A stretch of 29,482 nt of DNA, from the IMG/VR virus record IMGVR_UViG_3300037195_000888, positions 1-29,482 of that record. The stretch is one strand, 5' to 3'. Position numbers and translations under genes: made by a program. Shown piece by piece: positions 26,031 through 29,482 of the stretch (positions are counted from its first letter, which is position 1; each line of letters opens with the position of its first letter). The notes under the pieces were generated by a model, which ran no database searches, had not been told where the DNA came from, and worked only from the letters and a program-made list of their open reading frames with translations. The DNA comes from a virus (taxonomy: Duplodnaviria; Caudoviricetes).

Positions 26031-26468
26031 TTATGTATATCCGTTATGATGAATTATAGAAATACCAAATTCAGTTATATGCAACTTGTCATTTTCTTCA
26101 TTTTCTGCATCCTGAACATTGTATTCTATATCTTGCACTTGAAGTTCTGCCCACTTATAAGTTGAACTTGTCTGATTGTCAAGTAAATGCTTTCTTAATC
26201 TATCCACATTAGCCTTTACAGATTTGTTGATAACCTCATTGTTTGTATCTGCCATGTGATAATACCTGATATTGACGAAATACTCTCTTTCTTCAAGTGA
26301 GCCTGTTTGTAATATTAAATTAGAAGATTCCAAGTTAATCTTTATGCACTCCGTTCCAAGCATTTTAAATTCATTTGCAATATAAACATTCTTAAATTCA
26401 TCATTGATAACTTTCCGAAGTCCAAGTTCAATCTCATCATAGGCAATCTTATCATAAGTTACAGCCAT
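26031..26468 (-). CDS. Putative tail terminator / tail completion protein
   Basis: 145 aa, acidic, position upstream of the tube gene. Confidence 0.5.
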   Translation of the reverse strand: MAVTYDKIAYDEIELGLRKVINDEFKNVYIANEFKMLGTECIKINLESSNLILQTGSLEEREYFVNIRYYHMADTNNEVINKSVKANVDRLRKHLLDNQTSSTYKWAELQVQDIEYNVQDAENEENDKLHITEFGISIIHHNGYT

Positions 26469-27451
26469 TAAATTCCATATCCCCTTCTTGTAAGTTGTAT
26501 AGCACCTGATTCAGCATTGCTTATCTTCCTTGTTTCAGAATATACCTCAACCTCCCACAGGTCGTTTTGTGTCATACTTGCACCTTGAAACCTACAATAC
26601 CAGCCACCATGTATGTGCTGTAAGCCACCTGTTACCTTTATACCAGTTGTTTCAGAACCAAATAACTTATCACTTCCATAATATTCTACTTTTACGATTG
26701 CCACTCCGTATGCACCTGTCGTTGTACAGGTAATGCGAAGCAAATCAAATGCCTGACCTGAATATGCCCCACCCGTCTCAATTATGTCCATACTGCCTGA
26801 CTGTGTAATAGTTCTTGGCTTTCCCTGACTATCATCAGCATCTACCTCAAAGGATAATTTATATTCACCCTTATTAAGCCTGTCCACCATGCCTGAACCA
26901 TCTACATTAGTAACCAAGCCATGATAATAATCTGCTTCCTCCTGCCTGTTATTAGTTCTTAATAAATTTGCAACACAAACATAGCAAGTTGATTTAATTA
27001 TAATAGCATCATATTCTGTTGCTGATGATACATGGGTAGTATTAGCATCATATTGTGTATATTTTGGTATAGGGGTTGGATACCTTCGGTCAAGCAAATT
27101 ATTTAGTTCCATTGAAGCATTGACAAGCATTTGGTCAAAGTAGGTGGCATTGTCTTGTCCTGCTTCCATAACCTGATCTGATGCTGTAATTGTATCATCA
27201 TAATATTGAATAACATCCTGTGCTTCTATATATCTCCATTCACCATTAGCATTAGGCTCATCAGTATTTTCACTTGCAGTAACCTCATCACCATTAACAA
27301 ATAATACACTTACAAGACCACAATTATGAGCCTGATGTAGATTTGAAGTAGTTGTCCATCCAAATATTTGCCTCTTTGAATCATATTGACTATAAGACGG
27401 ATAATACATTTCTAAATCTGATTGACTTGCATATTTAAAATCAGTTGCCAT
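26468..27451 (-). CDS. Putative head-tail adaptor with added beta domains
   Basis: YASQSDL N-terminus and ASMELNNLLDRRYPTP helix resemble Mu gp36/SPP1 gp15-type adaptors. Confidence 0.5.
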   Translation of the reverse strand: MATDFKYASQSDLEMYYPSYSQYDSKRQIFGWTTTSNLHQAHNCGLVSVLFVNGDEVTASENTDEPNANGEWRYIEAQDVIQYYDDTITASDQVMEAGQDNATYFDQMLVNASMELNNLLDRRYPTPIPKYTQYDANTTHVSSATEYDAIIIKSTCYVCVANLLRTNNRQEEADYYHGLVTNVDGSGMVDRLNKGEYKLSFEVDADDSQGKPRTITQSGSMDIIETGGAYSGQAFDLLRITCTTTGAYGVAIVKVEYYGSDKLFGSETTGIKVTGGLQHIHGGWYCRFQGASMTQNDLWEVEVYSETRKISNAESGAIQLTRRGYGI

Positions 27452-27513
27452 TAGTATCTCCTTCTTTTAGGCTTTGGTTTCATAGGCTTCTTTTTATATT
27501 TAGACTTTGGCAT
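27451..27513 (-). CDS. 20-aa highly basic micro-peptide
   Basis: MPKSKYKKKPMKPKPKRRRY fills the gap exactly, with TAATG overlaps at both ends. Confidence 0.65.
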   Translation of the reverse strand: MPKSKYKKKPMKPKPKRRRY

Positions 27514-29060
27514 TAATTCAAGCCTATAATTTCTATTGTGGTATCTATTTTACTATTTGTACTTCTACCTGCTATTGAATAAATAGAATTAGAAGCAGTA
27601 GATGCAAACTTATTTCCTCCTGAATGACCTGAACCATAATTAGCAGATAATACAAAATGTGATTCAGGTGGTGCTGAATTTAGATCCAAGCTTCCCTGTT
27701 CATAATTGATAGTTCCCTTGCAAACTCCTAAAATATTACCATGACCATCATCATAAAACATCTCTCTGGTATTGGGAATTTCAAGACCACTTTTTTTATC
27801 TAATATTGTATCAGGTGGAAGTTGAGATGCAACAGGATCACCCAATTTTGCAACAGCAGGGATTCTTCCAGTTCCAAGAAATGAAGCATCAGAACCATCT
27901 TCAGCAGTAATTGCTATTGCTGATGATGAAAGCCTTGATCCTGATGTAAACCTGACATCTCCATTAACAATTCCCACATGAACTTTCTTTTCAAATAAAT
28001 TACCTGATGTATAATATTGAGTATCTAAAGCATCTTGTATCTTGCTAATTACTCCATTAGTTCCACCGAAATTCACATTACTGCTATCAGTTGTAAAAGT
28101 TAAATTGTCAAAATTAGTTCCACCATCTACCTGAATATCAAAAGCATAAGCAGTTGATGCTGCTAACCCAGAATTTGTAGATGCTGTTATTCCTGACAAC
28201 CCTAATTCTTGATATGCCTCTCTATAAAAAAATCCTGAACAAGAACCAGCGACTATTCCATTAGATTGTCTATTACCACTTCCATCTGTATTTCTGCCAT
28301 ATCCTATGAAATTTGTGCATTTGTACAATCCCTCTGCATTAGTTTGTGCAGTATCATATCCACCTGTTGCAGCCGTGAAATTTTCATAAGCATTGAAGAA
28401 TGGTAGCCTTATTGCAGTATTGTTAGCATGAGTTGCAGCAGTTGATCCATGAGTACCCCTTATAATTGTAATTTCTTCACCACTAATAGATGTTATCTCA
28501 CAGATTTCATCTTCCAATCTTATTATATCACCTACAAATAAATATGCAGCCTCATCAACAGTTACAGTAGTTGCTGATGTTACTGAAGCAAGTTCTGCTC
28601 CATTCAATAATTGTGGATCACCTGCAGCAGCATTATCAAGAGCAACATACATATTAGAATGTGGTGCTTGATTGCTTAAAGTATAAGCATTCCCAGCCGA
28701 TACATCTGAATCTACATTTGTTTGTCTCATATTTGGTATATACATATAATCTCCTGCACCAAGCAAAGTGCTGACATATCTTGCATCACCTGTTGTATCA
28801 GGAGTGCCATCTATTTGCAAATAACTTTTTAATTGTATCTCTGCACCTGATATTCCTGTATTTTTTATTATAAGTGATTTACAATCAGCCAATGTTGAAA
28901 CACCTTTAGATGCTGAACCTGATGCTAATGTGATAAAACCATTTGAATTATCAACAGTCTGTGTTAAGTTTATTATTTCACTATATGTTCCAGACTTTGT
29001 TGCAGATAAAATGCCCCTTGTTCCTGCTGTAATTCTTGTTTCGGCTATAAATGTTCCCAT
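27513..29060 (-). CDS. Virion structural protein (515 aa)
   Basis: G/S/T/A-rich; VGDIIRLEDEI...RGTHGSTAATH module; GTINYEQG motif. Confidence 0.6.
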   Translation of the reverse strand: MGTFIAETRITAGTRGILSATKSGTYSEIINLTQTVDNSNGFITLASGSASKGVSTLADCKSLIIKNTGISGAEIQLKSYLQIDGTPDTTGDARYVSTLLGAGDYMYIPNMRQTNVDSDVSAGNAYTLSNQAPHSNMYVALDNAAAGDPQLLNGAELASVTSATTVTVDEAAYLFVGDIIRLEDEICEITSISGEEITIIRGTHGSTAATHANNTAIRLPFFNAYENFTAATGGYDTAQTNAEGLYKCTNFIGYGRNTDGSGNRQSNGIVAGSCSGFFYREAYQELGLSGITASTNSGLAASTAYAFDIQVDGGTNFDNLTFTTDSSNVNFGGTNGVISKIQDALDTQYYTSGNLFEKKVHVGIVNGDVRFTSGSRLSSSAIAITAEDGSDASFLGTGRIPAVAKLGDPVASQLPPDTILDKKSGLEIPNTREMFYDDGHGNILGVCKGTINYEQGSLDLNSAPPESHFVLSANYGSGHSGGNKFASTASNSIYSIAGRSTNSKIDTTIEIIGLN

Positions 29061-29069
29061 TCTTTCTCC

Positions 29070-29482
29070 CTATCTAATGTGATATGTTAAAATCATATTG
29101 GCTGAAACTTGCTCCGTTGAAGTTGATTCAACAGTTCCTATTAAAACCCTACCTGCATCTACATCTGCACTTTGTATTGCTAATGCAAGATAATCAATGG
29201 AGGTTCTATCTACTGTTTGTTCAGCACTATCTGCAACTACAACCCCACTTGATAAATCTCCTGAAGTTCCACCATTATCTGTATCTATGGCATAACTCAT
29301 AATATGGAAGTTTATAGTTTCATCATCAGAAGATGATACAGCAAATAATACACTTGCAGAATCTAAAGTTACATTATGTGGAAGCCTAAATATTGAATTT
29401 GGTAAATTATTAGCCAAGTTGCCTGTACTCATATCATAAGTTGTAGCAGGATCAGTTCCATCCCCTAAACTTATTTCTGCTA
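29070..29482 (-). CDS. C-terminal part of the junction-spanning structural gene (starts at 501)
   Basis: Frame is open to the window end and overlaps the 1..501 ORF through the terminal repeat. Confidence 0.8.
   Translation of the reverse strand, partial: AEISLGDGTDPATTYDMSTGNLANNLPNSIFRLPHNVTLDSASVLFAVSSSDDETINFHIMSYAIDTDNGGTSGDLSSGVVVADSAEQTVDRTSIDYLALAIQSADVDAGRVLIGTVESTSTEQVSANMILTYHIR
29361..29482. repeat. Imperfect terminal direct repeat, right copy
   Basis: See 1..122. Confidence 0.95.

Noticed and set aside
27513-29060. Tail sheath (myovirus) assignment for the 515-aa protein
   Set aside because: Only a short GTINY-like motif; no sheath C-terminal domain or baseplate wedge genes recognised, and it is not adjacent to the tube gene.
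1632-29302. All plus-strand ORFs in the track (e.g. 5369..5812, 14187..14522, 23809..24210)
   Set aside because: They are antisense shadows of well-supported minus-strand genes, with no recognisable motifs.
29361-29482. Terminal repeat as a DGR template/variable repeat pair
   Set aside because: Differences are not adenine-specific in either copy, and no reverse transcriptase is encoded.
1-29482. Prophage/integrase, CRISPR array, tRNAs, alternative genetic code
   Set aside because: No integrase or host genes, no spaced repeats or cloverleaf seen, and genes tile densely under the standard code.

Overview
The window is an essentially complete, circularly permuted genome (~29.4 kb) of a tailed dsDNA phage, probably siphovirus-like. 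Every credible gene lies on the minus strand, tightly coupled by ATGA/TAATG overlaps. The ends overlap by 122 bp (90% identical), and one structural gene runs across the junction. In transcription order: (1) an early/replication block (16.9 to 13.1 kb) with SEC-C and Zn-finger proteins, an HTH regulator, a Rad52/Sak-like annealase, a SpoVG-fold protein with an SSB-type tail and a DUF4373 initiator; (2) a DNA-modification block (13.1 to 8.6 kb) with two C5-cytosine methyltransferases, a PD-(D/E)XK nuclease, RusA and a ParB-like protein; (3) packaging and head genes; (4) lysis genes; (5) fibre-like, connector and tail genes, including a -1 frameshifted chaperone pair, a tape measure and a hub protein. 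No integrase, polymerase, reverse transcriptase, tRNA or CRISPR array was seen. The two strongest oddities are a 164-aa gene with its own strong Shine-Dalgarno nested in the +1 frame of the large methyltransferase, encoding a Dcm-like segment that the main frame lacks, and a dockerin at the C-terminus of the tail hub followed directly by a gene with a cohesin-like domain. The dockerin and Cys-rich repeats suggest a Marinimicrobia/FCB-group host. All family assignments come from motif recognition, not database searches.
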